A stretch of 62,940 bases of DNA, the filler included, from Reticulomyxa filosa (lineage: Eukaryota > Protista > Foraminifera): assembly GCA_000512085.1 (NCBI GenBank). It is 16 parts of 16 records of this genome, joined end to end, with 100 filler letters (N's around TTAATTAATTAA, not from the genome) between each part and the next. Parts side by side here need not be neighbours in the genome. Positions count along the whole stretch, not along the records: positions 35,499 to 40,030 come from ASPP01019912.1; positions 40,131 to 42,840 come from ASPP01023024.1; positions 42,941 to 47,651 come from ASPP01003313.1; positions 47,752 to 53,902 come from ASPP01003603.1; 12 more parts are not named here. One strand, given 5' to 3'. A program made the position numbers and the translations under genes. The first letter of the stretch is position 1. Every line of letters starts with the position of its first letter. Below the pieces are notes generated by a model that was given only the letters and a program-made list of their open reading frames with translations, did not search any database and was not told the DNA's origin. Below are positions 36,537 through 48,962 of the stretch, piece after piece.

Positions 36537-38470
36537 AATTAAGTAGAACGAAAAAGACCAATTGATTAGAAGTTTTGTATTATTGCACTGAAGAATATAT
36601 TTAGAAAGAGAAAATTCTATCTTTATTGTTTGATTGTACCACAACATCAAATTTTCCTGAAAAATAACATTTAAGCAAAAATACATCCATTGAAATAGAC
36701 ATTATTTTTTTGGATTGCCAATGACAATAAAATTACATTGAAAAAGTCTTTCGTTTTTGATATTCTTCAGTATACAGGCCATTTATTTATTTAATTATTT
36801 TATCAATTTAATTCAAATCACATTTGAAACGAAATTTGTTTAAATTTGAAAATGAATAAATATGACTTGGATGATATTTATTATTGTTCATCAATAACAC
36901 TTTTTTAAGATAACAATATGTGTTGAAAAAATTTTCTTTTTTTTAAAAAGGGAATAAAATATTTTTGTCAATAAAACAAAAATAAAAACATTCATAATAA
37001 TTTAATTTTTTTCTTTATCTTTCAAAAACTTTTTTTTCTCCTTGAATTTTAGAGTTTTCTTTTTTTAAAAAAATTTATTGCACTTTGTTCGCTGTGTGGA
37101 GAGAAAAGGATTCATGATAAATTTTTTTATATCAACAGATTCAGAAAGAATCAATTTTTCCTGAGTTATTTTGATTTTACCATCTTTTTTGAGCTCACAT
37201 ATAAAAATAAATACCACAAATAATTGTAAACACATATCTGATATTAAATTTCAGTGACATAGAAAGAATTTCTTAAAGAGTGACAGTTTTAGATTTTTTA
37301 TTTTTCTTCTTTCATGAAGCACTTTTGTAAGAAATTACATATAAAATTGAAAATCACTTCTGATCTTCAAGAAGAAAAGGTACATTGATAAATATCAGTT
37401 GTAATGATATCTTTCAAAGTTTGTAAGAGATTGCAAAATAAAAATAAAAATGCAGTTCATCTCATTGTGTGAAATGTTTGCATTGCCATTGGCGATCTAA
37501 AACATTTCAATCGAATACGCGAAAGCCACATGAAATGGTAGATTTTCAGGAATTACTAGATTCACATTGTCGTAGCGCTTGCACACAAACATGCTCATTT
37601 GGGTTCACTCCAACAGCGATCCAAATTTCATTTAACACGATTTCCAGCTTGTATTGATGCATTCTGCTATTTGTCCACTTTTAGCAACTTTCAATTCCAA
37701 ACACTCGTTTGGCTATCTTCAGATCAATTGCTGGTTTTTTCCCTCAACACATATCATTTATAATATTTATTTCTTTACCTTTCAAATGTTGCAATTGAGT
37801 GTTTACATTCGTCAATCAGACATTCTTTTGAAGGGAATTTGATCAGGCCCTTTACGTATACTGGCAATACATAAATAACATATTCTCCAGTAGTTCTTTG
37901 AATGTATCTAACTTTTCACTTTTTCCTCGCTTCATCAATAGTCTATCTAAACACCACATCAAATGTCTTATTTATTTCGGATTTTAATGAAAACATTCTT
38001 AATGTTTCTGTCGTAAAAACAATTCCGATAAATCTGTTGGTAATAAGATGGATCGGTCTTTTATTTTTTTGATTGACAGTCACCGAAAGTTATTTTCATT
38101 ACTTTGCTAATTGCTTGCTATTTAGCGAATTATTTACATGATTAACATAAACTGAGATTTAATACTTATATTTAAAAAACCATTCAAATTTTGTACATGT
38201 TTTCAATCAAAGTAGCAATATCATAATTTGTTTGATTATAAAAAGAAAAATTATTTAAGATGTTTAAAAATGAAAATGAACAAAATAAAGCCATAAAAAA
38301 AATAAAAGAAAAGAAAATACAATAGTTGTTTGGAGAGGAAAATGAAAAATGGATTCAAGGTTCCATTGGAATTTTGCTTGAGCAGCAGAATCTTGCTTTA
38401 TACATGAATTTACTTCATTTACTCTCTTTAATTTGTTTTGACCTCTTTGTAGACTTCCTTGGTCTTCCTT

Positions 38471-40030
38471 TTATTCATTCATTCCTTTGCTGTGATTGCT
38501 TCTATCAAACACAAAACTCTTTTCTTCTTGATTACGAAACCATTTATAAAGATTTTCATCCAAACGAATTCTATATCCAACATTGTGACTTCGTAAATAA
38601 CAATTGTTTGCCTTAGTTTGAACTGGACGATATGGCCAACTTTTTACAATTGATGGCAATTCTCCTTCACGAGGAGGAGTATCGTGTAATGATTGAATAT
38701 CACTACAATACAAATGTTTCATACTCTTATCACTTTCATCATTTCTCAATGCAAATGCATATTTAATATAATTTTTCAACCATTCCTTATTTTTATTGAT
38801 ATTTTCACTATCACATGGAAAATATGCAACTACATATGGCTGTATCTCTTTACAACGCTTGTCATTTATTTGTATGGTTTTTTTTGGATGAGAAGTATTG
38901 GATGGAACAGTTTTCATCCATCGATTATCAATACGAATCAAAATATAATTGAATATTTTACATAAACTCAAATAGATAGTATGACCTTTATGACCAACCA
39001 CCAAACTCATTTCATAATATTCATTTTTTGATAGTGTTGGTTTTAAATTCATTAAACGATCCACTATATTTAAACTCCAATCATCAAGTAAAGCTGGGCA
39101 TTTGTTGTGAATCCTCACACCTGTGATGTAATCCCAATATGTTGTCAATTGTACTTGCAATTCTTTCAATCCTTTTTTACACACTTGTTCAAATGTTGTA
39201 TTCTTTGGCAATTTAATATTACAAGTTCCTTCTCGTTTCAATTCAACACATATTTCAAACAATAAAAATATTCGATATCTTAGGAATGTCATTACATACC
39301 ATCCTTCATCAAATCTCTTTCGATTTAAATTTTCATTTTTCATGAATACAACATTTCGGCCAGTTGCCCAATATAATAAATTATCATCAATTAATATCTC
39401 TTTTAATTCTTTTTGATTCATTCCCAATAAGAAAAGATGCACCTTCCATTAACAATGTCTGATAACTTCTGTGTCAATGACTTTACTAACACCATCTTCA
39501 TCAATTAATTTGTCTTTGACATAATCAATTGCATATTCAATTTGTTTCATTGGATATGTTATCCTTTTCTTCAATATCCATTTACACATTTCTACATATT
39601 CTTTGTTATTTTCTTTAATCTTTTTTTTTTTCTTTTTATTCTTTTTTTCTTCATTTTCAATGTCTTCAATAAGTCCACTGATGTATTCACAAGGAGTTTG
39701 TGAAGTGTTTTCATCCAAGCCACCTTCTCTGACGTCAATCCATGCCCCTTGTTCAATGCAATAACGAGCAGTATCCCAATGTTTGTTATGTATTGCTATA
39801 TGCAATGGAGTTTGTCCAAGTTCATTAAATGCATCATTTATGTCAATACGATGACTTCCAATGAAGATTTCAGTTTTGATATATCACCCAATTTTACTGC
39901 TTCATGAATGGAGACATTAAGGCCTTTATATATATAACTATTTGATTGTTGTAATTGCAATTTAATTTGCAAGGTATCATAATCACTCCATTCTTGTTGA
40001 GTTGAAAATCCCCATTTCATGGCTTGTTTA
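38471..40030 (-). CDS. Ankyrin-repeat protein with a C-terminal candidate cysteine-peptidase-like domain; 5' truncated and frameshifted (pseudogene or sequencing errors)
   Basis: IHEAVKLGD...IDIND...GQTPLHIAIHNKHWDTARYCIEQGA is ankyrin-like. Frameshifts lie near 39870 and 39420-39465. The C-terminal domain has GHTIYLSL, RIDNR and VQTKANNC. Confidence 0.65.
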
Positions 40031-40787
40031 NNNNNNNNNNNNNNNNNNNNNNNNNNNNNNNNNNNNNNNNNNNNTTAATTAATTAANNNNNNNNNNNNNN
40101 NNNNNNNNNNNNNNNNNNNNNNNNNNNNNNAAGAAAAGAATTTTATCGTAGTAGTTGGTTTTAAAACAACAAAACCCCGCAAAAAATGCCAAAAGTTGAA
40201 CTCAGAAAGAAGTTTGACATGCACATTGACAAAGTTCTTTGAGGAAAAAAAAAAAAAAGGATTTGATTTTTTTCTTTTCACTCGCTATTATGAAAATAAT
40301 CGCAAATTAGACAATTTTGTCAACAAGACATATCAAGACTCATTGGATAAATAGCGTCAAAATACTCAAAATAGGAAAATGGTAAATGCTAACGGTGTGC
40401 ATTATCAAAAACAATATCTCCTCTTGCGTCAAGATATTGACGATCAATAATTCAAAAAAATGCAATCAGATAAAGTGGTCCTTCAATATCTCATGACTAG
40501 GTACCTCTCTCTATTTAGAAGCTTCTAAAAGATGTTTAGAATTGAATTGCACTAATTCAGTTATTGTACTGGATAAATTTGATTTACAAAAAAATTATTT
40601 TGAACAATGGCTCAAGAAACAACAAGTTTGATCTGTTGAGCAATTGATGATTATTGATATAATTACATTTAATGCAAGTATAATGTATAAAACGAAAATA
40701 TTTTAGATAGACATTACATTATCTTCATTTAATGATTAATGTTTATAATGTTAATCCAAATTTGATTACTTGTATGTAATCATTTAA

Positions 40788-40916
40788 TACAGTATAATGC
40801 AAAGTAAAGTTGACACCTAAAACGGCACCTTATAGAGAAAATTGACTTTCTTCATGAAAAAACAACATCCAGACCTAATTTTTAAAAATATCTACGAATC
40901 TTGTAGTTTTTAAATA
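40788..40916 (+). mobile_element. Repeat family B: putative pogo/Tc1-mariner-type element end (TA|CAGTA)
   Basis: Similarity to the inverted copy at 47887..48021 ends around TA-CAGTA in both copies. Confidence 0.5.
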
Positions 40917-41229
40917 TCAGTTTGATTTTTTATTGCATCTTTACTAATTATTCAATACCTTTCTTTATTTTATTTTTTTTTAGCTCAGTATAGTTCGATA
41001 TTTGAGTTTTTAATTTTTTTGAAAATGACTACGCATTGAACACTTTCCGAAACACTTTTAAAAAAGTTGTCAAATTTTATGGTTACTACACAATCACGCT
41101 TGTCAACTTTTTCTTGAAAATTTTCAAAAATCAATAAAATATTCAAATTTTTTAAACAATTAGTAAAAAGAAACATGTAAAATATGTTCAAATGTAGACC
41201 ATATTTTTTCTTATATTGAATAGCTTTGC

Positions 41230-41804
41230 AATAATCTAGTGCTATCATTTCCATCCACTAAAAAACAAGATTGTGTCATTGTTGACATATACATATTCGT
41301 TGATTGATTCAATATAACCATTCATTGTAGTTATTTGATTTATTCACTTTATTGTTCTTGTCCCAAACACTTACACATTTCATCACTAATGTATATCGTA
41401 TATCTTTATATCCACCAAAAGATAATAACGTGATTTTATTGCTATTTTTTTTGTTATCTATCAATTTCACTACACAGTGCCCACGTAAATAAAAATTCTT
41501 GGGTACTCACAAATGAACTTGTATTCGTTTTTGTATATATGATAAGAATAACAGTCCCTTTTGTATTTGCCTCCATAAATGAGGATTTCGTGTTTGTGTA
41601 GCACACATTGAGGTTGACTAAGTGGGATAAACAAAGCATTCAAACTTGTAAAGATAGTTGAAGTAATTATACTTCGACTTTGTTCAGCTTTTCTTTCAAG
41701 CTTAGCAAATGGATTGGAAGAATCCTTCAAACCTTGAAAGAAAAGATCCTCTTTTTTTTCATTTTGTCTTTCAGGAGTATTTGTGTTGTGCTTTGATTAC
41801 CCAT
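41230..41804 (-). pseudogene. Kelch-like beta-propeller family pseudogene
   Basis: MGNQSTTQ... then PLSQPQCVLHKHEILIYGG...CYSYHIYKNEYKFICEYP and GHCVVKL...ITLLSFGG lie in shifting frames. Paralogous to 50046..51233. Confidence 0.75.
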
Positions 41805-42546
41805 GTGTTTAGTATTGAACGCTATTTAGTAGTTGAAAAAAGGAGACGACGTAGAAAAGGGCTTTTTTGAAAAAACTTAAAAATTACAGTTACAAGTGAA
41901 AAAAATTAGTGTCTTTTTCAAAAACATGTCAAATGAAATTTGCTTCTGCTTCTGTTTTTTTTTTTAAATATGAGTTGTTCCTAACAAGTATGCTATTAAT
42001 TGATAATAATGCATCCAATGGCCAATTATCGTTTCAATTTTTTTCCCCCACCAATCACCGCACGCGCTTCTTGATAGTTATATCCAATGTCTATTAGATT
42101 ATTGCGATTTTCTGTGAACAGAGGCAATTTGTTGCAATGCTTTGATATTGTCATTATCTGAACACAACAGCAACACTTTGTTTACGTCCTCCACAGACAA
42201 GGAATTCATTGTTGTGACATTGCGTTATGTACTTTCTACTACAACTCGTAAAGAGGTCAAAATTTCAAAGGGATGCACTGTGGCTGATCCGTTTTTAGCT
42301 TTGCAGTAATTTGCAACAATTGTCACCCCTAGTAGTTTTTTTTCACGTGACAACCGAACTTTAAAAAAAAGCGTAAAAGAAATTACACTTACATAATAGA
42401 TGTTGAAAATAGTGTGTAAGAGGGTCCTGTTCTCAAGTGTAATTGCGGCAAGTGAGAAGAGCTGGTTACCCCTTTAAAAAAAAAAAAAAATTGAAAAACG
42501 CATTAAAAAAAAGACAAAAAGTATCAAATAAAAGAAAGAAAGAAAG

Positions 42547-42738
42547 ATGTCTGTGGAAGACTCAGAAATAGATGACGAGCTGAAAAACCTTGACGACAAG
42601 GATATAATGCAAGATGTGCATGAGATCATCAACGCGGATGAGAACGTGTACAACAAAGAAGCAGAGAAGTTTTTTACACGAGTGCAGAAAATCCCACCGG
42701 ACAAAAAGCAAAAGTACGACACGCCTGACGAGCGACGA
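42547..42738 (+). CDS. First exon of an unknown protein
   Basis: Acidic, coding-like MSVEDSEIDDELK...TPDERR followed by GT and a (TG)n intron at the contig end. Confidence 0.5.
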
Positions 42739-42760
42739 GTTAAATAACAATAGCAACATA

Positions 42761-42795
<35 letters not shown>

Positions 42796-45115
42796 ATATA
42801 TGAAAGAGTTGGATTTAAAACAACAATAAATAAATAAAATNNNNNNNNNNNNNNNNNNNNNNNNNNNNNNNNNNNNNNNNNNNNTTAATTAATTAANNNN
42901 NNNNNNNNNNNNNNNNNNNNNNNNNNNNNNNNNNNNNNNNGGAATACAATGATGATTTATTTGCAGTGGATTCATCGGGCTACCAAACACATCGAGATGT
43001 GAAGTCCAAGTACCACGTGGTTGGACGAAGTAGCTTCCCGATAAGACAGGTATTTTACAGCAAGCGACAGTTATCACTATAGAAGTTGGTATACTAAGTC
43101 CCATTTTACGAGAATAAATCAATTGTAATTGTATTGATGAATTTAGTGAATCAATTGTTCAATCACAGTGCATTTGCATGATGTGTATTTCTTTGATTTT
43201 TATGTTGAAATTGTTACGTGATGTTATGCGTTAAATATATATATTAAATATATATATGTATATATATATATTTGTATATAATATATAATTTTTTAATAAA
43301 TGTTTGTAATGTAGCTAATAAATTCATAGAAAGTTCTGCCATTTCAATGTCTGTCTAAAAGCGTAATAACATTAAACACAAACATAAAACACAAAAGTAT
43401 AATGAACGAGCGCTGATCAATGTACAGCTCCTGCACGCGGTGAAGCGTCTTTGGAATATAGGTTTCAACAATGTGAAGGACTAGCTTTGGTGGATTATAT
43501 ATTCAGTGCTGATGTCAAATATTATATCATCGTTTTCTTATCCAGATACGTAAAAAAAAGGGGACGAAAAATTCCTATTAAAAAAAAAAATTGACAACCA
43601 AACATATTGACTTTTTCATATAATTATACAAACTGAAATATAAAATAAAAAGAAATGATAATAAGGTTTTGAAATATTTGCCCAAAATTTAGCAAAAATC
43701 ACATATTCAGCATTTGTGGTGTTTACTTGTGTCCAATCATTAAATTTTTTAAGTTGAATTCATTTTCATTGATTTCTGGAATAATAATATTAACTTTTGA
43801 ATACCAGTTGTTTCTTATATTATTGTATTGTTTGTATTTTATTTAATAATGTTCTACTGACCATGTTTCATGTATGTACACTTTACATTCAGGTGCATCC
43901 GATCATTTAATGAGATCTTGCAATTTTTTAAAAAAAGAATTGTAAAGCAAAAGCGAACATGAAGTCAAATGATGGAAGAAAAAAACATTCGTTCCTGGCC
44001 TAGCGAGCTCTGTGACAAAAAAAAAAGAAACACAAAGCAATATTTTTAAAAATAAATACACTCCTCCACCTTCTTTTAATTTCTCTGGAGTTTTACATTT
44101 TAAATAATAATGAAAAAAAAACAAAAGCTTGCAAACAAAAAGCGTTAATAATTATCCTTTTATACTATTTCTTGTATAATTTTAACGCTACTGGATGATC
44201 TGCTTTGCATACTGTTCCAAATGTAGTTCAGTATTAATCCCTTTTTTTTTTGGTGTTGCTTTTCACACTTGCTCTTTAAAAAAACAAACTCATGCGTTAA
44301 TTGATCCTTTTTCCAATGACTGAATTATGGCAAAGCGCTTCTTCGAATTTTTTTTACAAAGACGTTTGAACCCATGTTGAACATATACTTTTGACTGCGG
44401 GCAGAATACCTCAAAATATTTTCTTGATATTTCTCGTGGCAATATTTGCCCTAAAAAGTAAAAAAAAGGAAGAGTCAACACTATGCATAATAGCAATGGT
44501 TTTTTATGATATTTCCAACAACGAGAGGATATACTATATCTGATTTGTTGTTCAGCGAAAGCATTAAACGTACAATCGTTTCCAGATATAAAAGTAATAC
44601 TTTAAATCAAAGACTAAAAATATTTCAAAACTTGGTAATTTTTTATTGAGCAAAAGTGATGATATTACCGATTATGACATCGTCTTTCAAAAAAGATCAA
44701 AAGAACTCTTTTAAAATAATGTTTCAGAGCTTCTCCAATTTTAACGATAAAAAAATTTCCATCTTGTAATTTCTATCCCCTTTCAGAATATTGTTTCGTG
44801 TGAAAAAGAAGCAAACCGAACTTATCTTTCTTGTGTTTAAATAAGTCAATGCATAGACACAGACAAATTTTTGCACACGTATAGACTATGAAAACAAACG
44901 ATGGTAGCATTCTTCAATCTATGTTCCATATGTTAGGAAGTTGGAAAGTGTTGTCAGTTTTCAATAAATGATAATACAGGTCAACAGTTTTTTTCCCTTT
45001 TCAAAAACGAACCAATATTTATAGAAATTATTAACGGAGTCAATTATATAACGGTCATATAACTTTTGGTGACTTCAATATTTTCAAGATAGCTGAAAGT
45101 AGACTTTGCAGAAGT

Positions 45116-46341
45116 ATGAAAGGAGTGAAAAAATCCAAGTCAAAAGCGAAAGACCGACATGCAGCAAATAATACTGAAAAGACAATCAAAAAACCAAAAA
45201 ATTTTGATGCTGTTAGTTAGAATATTTATTTAGTTTCAAATTAAACTTTGAAGACAAATGAAACAATAAAATAAAAATTCAAATATAGCTTCAAAAGTGT
45301 GTTCAAAAAGTTATAAGATTTTGGCAACGAGAATATAATATTAAGAGAGTAGGATGGATTACAGATTTTGATAAAATGATTACCAGATTTGTTAAGCCCA
45401 AACCAATTTATAAATACTGTGTGATGCTCTTTTATGTTTTTTACTTTTCGAAAAAACAGACTGATAATAACGGAGAATTAAAAATCATGAAAGGACATGT
45501 AAGGCAAGTAAGAAGTGTTCATTTTTCACCTGATGGATGTACTGTTGTGTCTGGTGCATATGATGAAACAATTCGATTATGGAATGTACAATCAGGAAAA
45601 CAGATACTTAAATTAGATACAACACATGATGTAGAATGTGTACAATTTTCACCAGATGGTAAATCAATTGCATCTTGTAGTTTTGATTTAACACTTCGAC
45701 TTTGGGACGTGAAGTTGGGTATAGAAATTAAAAAATTCATTATTGGAGAGACAGCAAGAAAAATAAGATTTTCACCTGATGGAAATACAATTTTAGCTTA
45801 TGGTTACGGTAATGATATTGAAATATGGAACTTGGTATTAGGGCAAAAAGTATCAACAATGAAAGGACATAGTAGTTTTGTAATGGATGTCCATTTTTCA
45901 TTGGATCATTCTAAAATTTTGTCGGTTTCTCGTGATAAAACAATTAGACTGTGGGATGCAAAAACATATAAACAAGAAAAAATATTTCAAGGACATTCTG
46001 ATTGGGTTATTGGTGCTTACTCGATTTTGGATGGTCAAACTATTGTATCAACTTCTCTAGATAACACAGTTAGATTGTGGGACAGTAAGTCAGCTCAACA
46101 ACTCCAAAAAATTGAATTGTTCACTGAGATTCGTGGACTGAATGTTTCACCAGATGGTAAAACGCTTTTGTTATTTGGTCTTGATAGAATAATTCGATTG
46201 TGGGATGCGAGTAGTTTGAAAGAGATACACAGTTGGAAAGCGCATTTTTCAACTATAACTGATACAAATTTTTCATCAGATAGCTCCACTATTGTTACAA
46301 GTTCTTGTGATAATACAATTCGATTATGGAGATTTCGCTGA
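45116..46341 (+). CDS. WD40-repeat protein (7 repeats), 3 exons (about 45116..45211, 45289..45390, 45460..46341)
   Basis: Repeats of the type GH.....V.FSPDG..IVSG..D.TIRLWD. Phase-0 GT-AG introns. Confidence 0.9.
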
Positions 46342-47886
46342 TTTTCATTGATGCTACAAGACTGAAACTATAAAAATTATCAGATGAAGCAGAAGTAATA
46401 GTACTTGCATCCTTCAAATGAAAATGCTTTTTCCAAATAACGGATTACACATTTTTTAGTAATAAAATTTTCGTTTTTGTACTATACTGGTTATAGGGAA
46501 TCTGAAGTAAGTTTGATATAAAAGGAGTTTCACATTTTATCTCGTATATTTTTTTATTTTAATTGAATGTCAAGTGAATTGAAAAATTTTTCAATAAAGA
46601 AATAAAAACCTGAAAAAATTTGCTTGAAAACATTTTTTTACTACGTTAAATTAAAGAACTTAATTCAGCAACTTCAGTAATTATTTTCATTTGTTTGAAA
46701 AACAAAATCAATTATACAGCAAAGGCATTACGCAACATTTTCTGAAATCTTAGTACAATACTCATTTCATAGTAGACGTCCAAAGCAACAATGGTAAAAG
46801 TCAGCACAAAATGGAAGAGCCAAAATGCACAAATATATTCCCCCAAAGCAGCCTGGCAAAATAACAGCACCAGCAAGCAACAACAAGGCTTCGAAGGCCA
46901 GAAAAGACCAAAAATGCTTCAACAATTTATTTTTGTTTTTTTGAGTTAGTTTTGTTAGTGGTGATAACTGAGAGTGCTGAATTTATATTTTGCAATATGA
47001 TTGATATTTAACCTTCGAAGCATCTGACGTCCCCACTTGTTGGATTCCATCTGAGGTCCACAGAGGTAAGGCAAAGGCCAACAGTGTGGTGATCATACAA
47101 GTTTTGAAAGTTAAATTGAAGTATCTTGCAATGATATAACTGATGCATTTTCTATCTTCATACAAATAATTTTAATTAAAATTATCTATTCAAAGTTGAA
47201 GCTTGAATGTTATTTGTTGGTAACTTTTTGTAACTTGTTGTATTATTTTTATTTTATTCAATTTGAGTGAGGTGCTTTACAATATTTTTATTGTTGTGTT
47301 CAACTTAAAACATTCTTCCTGCAAAAAAAAATGTTGACTACATTTCCGAACATAGTGGAAATGTAATGGAGCGATCGAAGAAACAGTCAAAGAAAAAATA
47401 CTTCAACATTTTGTTGACTTTTGTTTTGTTTTAAGTTGTAGAAGTTTTGTTTAAGCTATTTGTTGGTAATTAGAATTGTGGATTGTGTCTATTATAAGTT
47501 GAATGATATTTACTCTTCTTGAGTCTGACATCACCATCTGCTGTCTCGAAGAGTCTGAGTGAGGTCCCAAAGGGATTTTTAGATTCAATATTAGCTCCAC
47601 AGGGTGCTGTATTCAAGTGAGTGAGATCCTTTTTTTGCAAAAAAAAAAAAANNNNNNNNNNNNNNNNNNNNNNNNNNNNNNNNNNNNNNNNNNNNTTAAT
47701 TAATTAANNNNNNNNNNNNNNNNNNNNNNNNNNNNNNNNNNNNNNNNNNNNAAACAAAAATATTATAAAATGTCATGGTGCAAATGCAAGTGCAAGCTAT
47801 TTAAAGCTTCACAAAATTTTAAAAAATTATTTGAAAGAATGATATTTTTCTCCAACATAAAAAAAAGTTATTAAAAAATCAATATC

Positions 47887-48021
47887 ATATTTAAAAACTA
47901 CAAGACTTGTAGATATTTTTTTTAAAAAAAATTAGCTTTAAATGTTTGTTTCATTAAGAAAATCTATCATCTTCATAAGGTGGCATTTTAGGTGTTCAGT
48001 TTTTTTTTGCAGCATACTGTA
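47887..48021 (-). mobile_element. Repeat family B, inverted copy ending in TACTG|TA
   Basis: Reverse complement aligns to 40788..40916. Confidence 0.5.
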
Positions 48022-48962
48022 TTTGCGTAATGAGCCAGTCATTAGTTGCACATTGTCCTAAAGTGAATAATCATGCAGTTGGGCCATATTATGGAAAAGA
48101 TAAAAGGGAATTGGACATGAAGTAATCCAAAGATAAAAAATTGCTGCATAATGAAAAAAGAAACGTGATTTAATTTGGCTTACTTAGAAGGTCATTTATC
48201 ACTTCTCCTATTGACAATGTTGATGTATTTCAATTGGATTAATTTCAATTTATTAAACGCGCTATTTTATTGGTCATGTAGTATAAATTTTCTTAATTTG
48301 TATTCAAATCTGAAATGGAGTGAAAGAGATCAAAATAAAAAAGAAAAAGAGGAATGAATATTGCTGTTTCATAGTAATTGAAGATTTTAGATTGAATATA
48401 TGAAAATGATAATACGTTTGAATATCTGAAATTGTATGCATTTTATATGAGTAAACACTCCGTTGTGATGAACATCACATGTCTTGCATCCAATGTATTT
48501 GTCTCTTTGCACAAAAAAACTCAAGGAAATGACTTTGGTCACTATTACAAAAATAAGGAGTGTGCCGCTTCCACAAAGAAGAACGTAGGAAACTGCGCAT
48601 ATAGTCTCAACAAAAAGACATCATGAAACTCTACACACACCAAATAGAATGATGTAGTAAAGTTTAGTTTGATAGTTTGGAAAAATAATCAAAATGTCTT
48701 TCCAATATAAATAACTTTTTGTGCATGTGTATCCTTTTCAAAATTTGGACAATGAGCATGTAATGTTTATTTATATTAGCAAGAAAACAGTGAATATAGT
48801 AAATTTAAACATTTTGCTTCACAGCCCACTTTAAAGGCAATTGAATAAGCAAAATGTTAAAAAGAATAATTTAACACAAAAAAAAAAAAAAAAAAATTCT
48901 TTTCAATTAAAAAAAAACAAAGCAAACAAATAATTTTTGTTTGTCAAATATTCACTATCAGC

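Noticed and set aside
42941-43300. Possible terminal exon EYNDDLFAVDSSG... and a (TA)n tract
   Set aside because: Too short to determine frame or function; simple repeat.
46760-47650. Relatively GC-rich patches downstream of the WD40 gene
   Set aside because: No sustained frame, recognisable motif or RNA fold.
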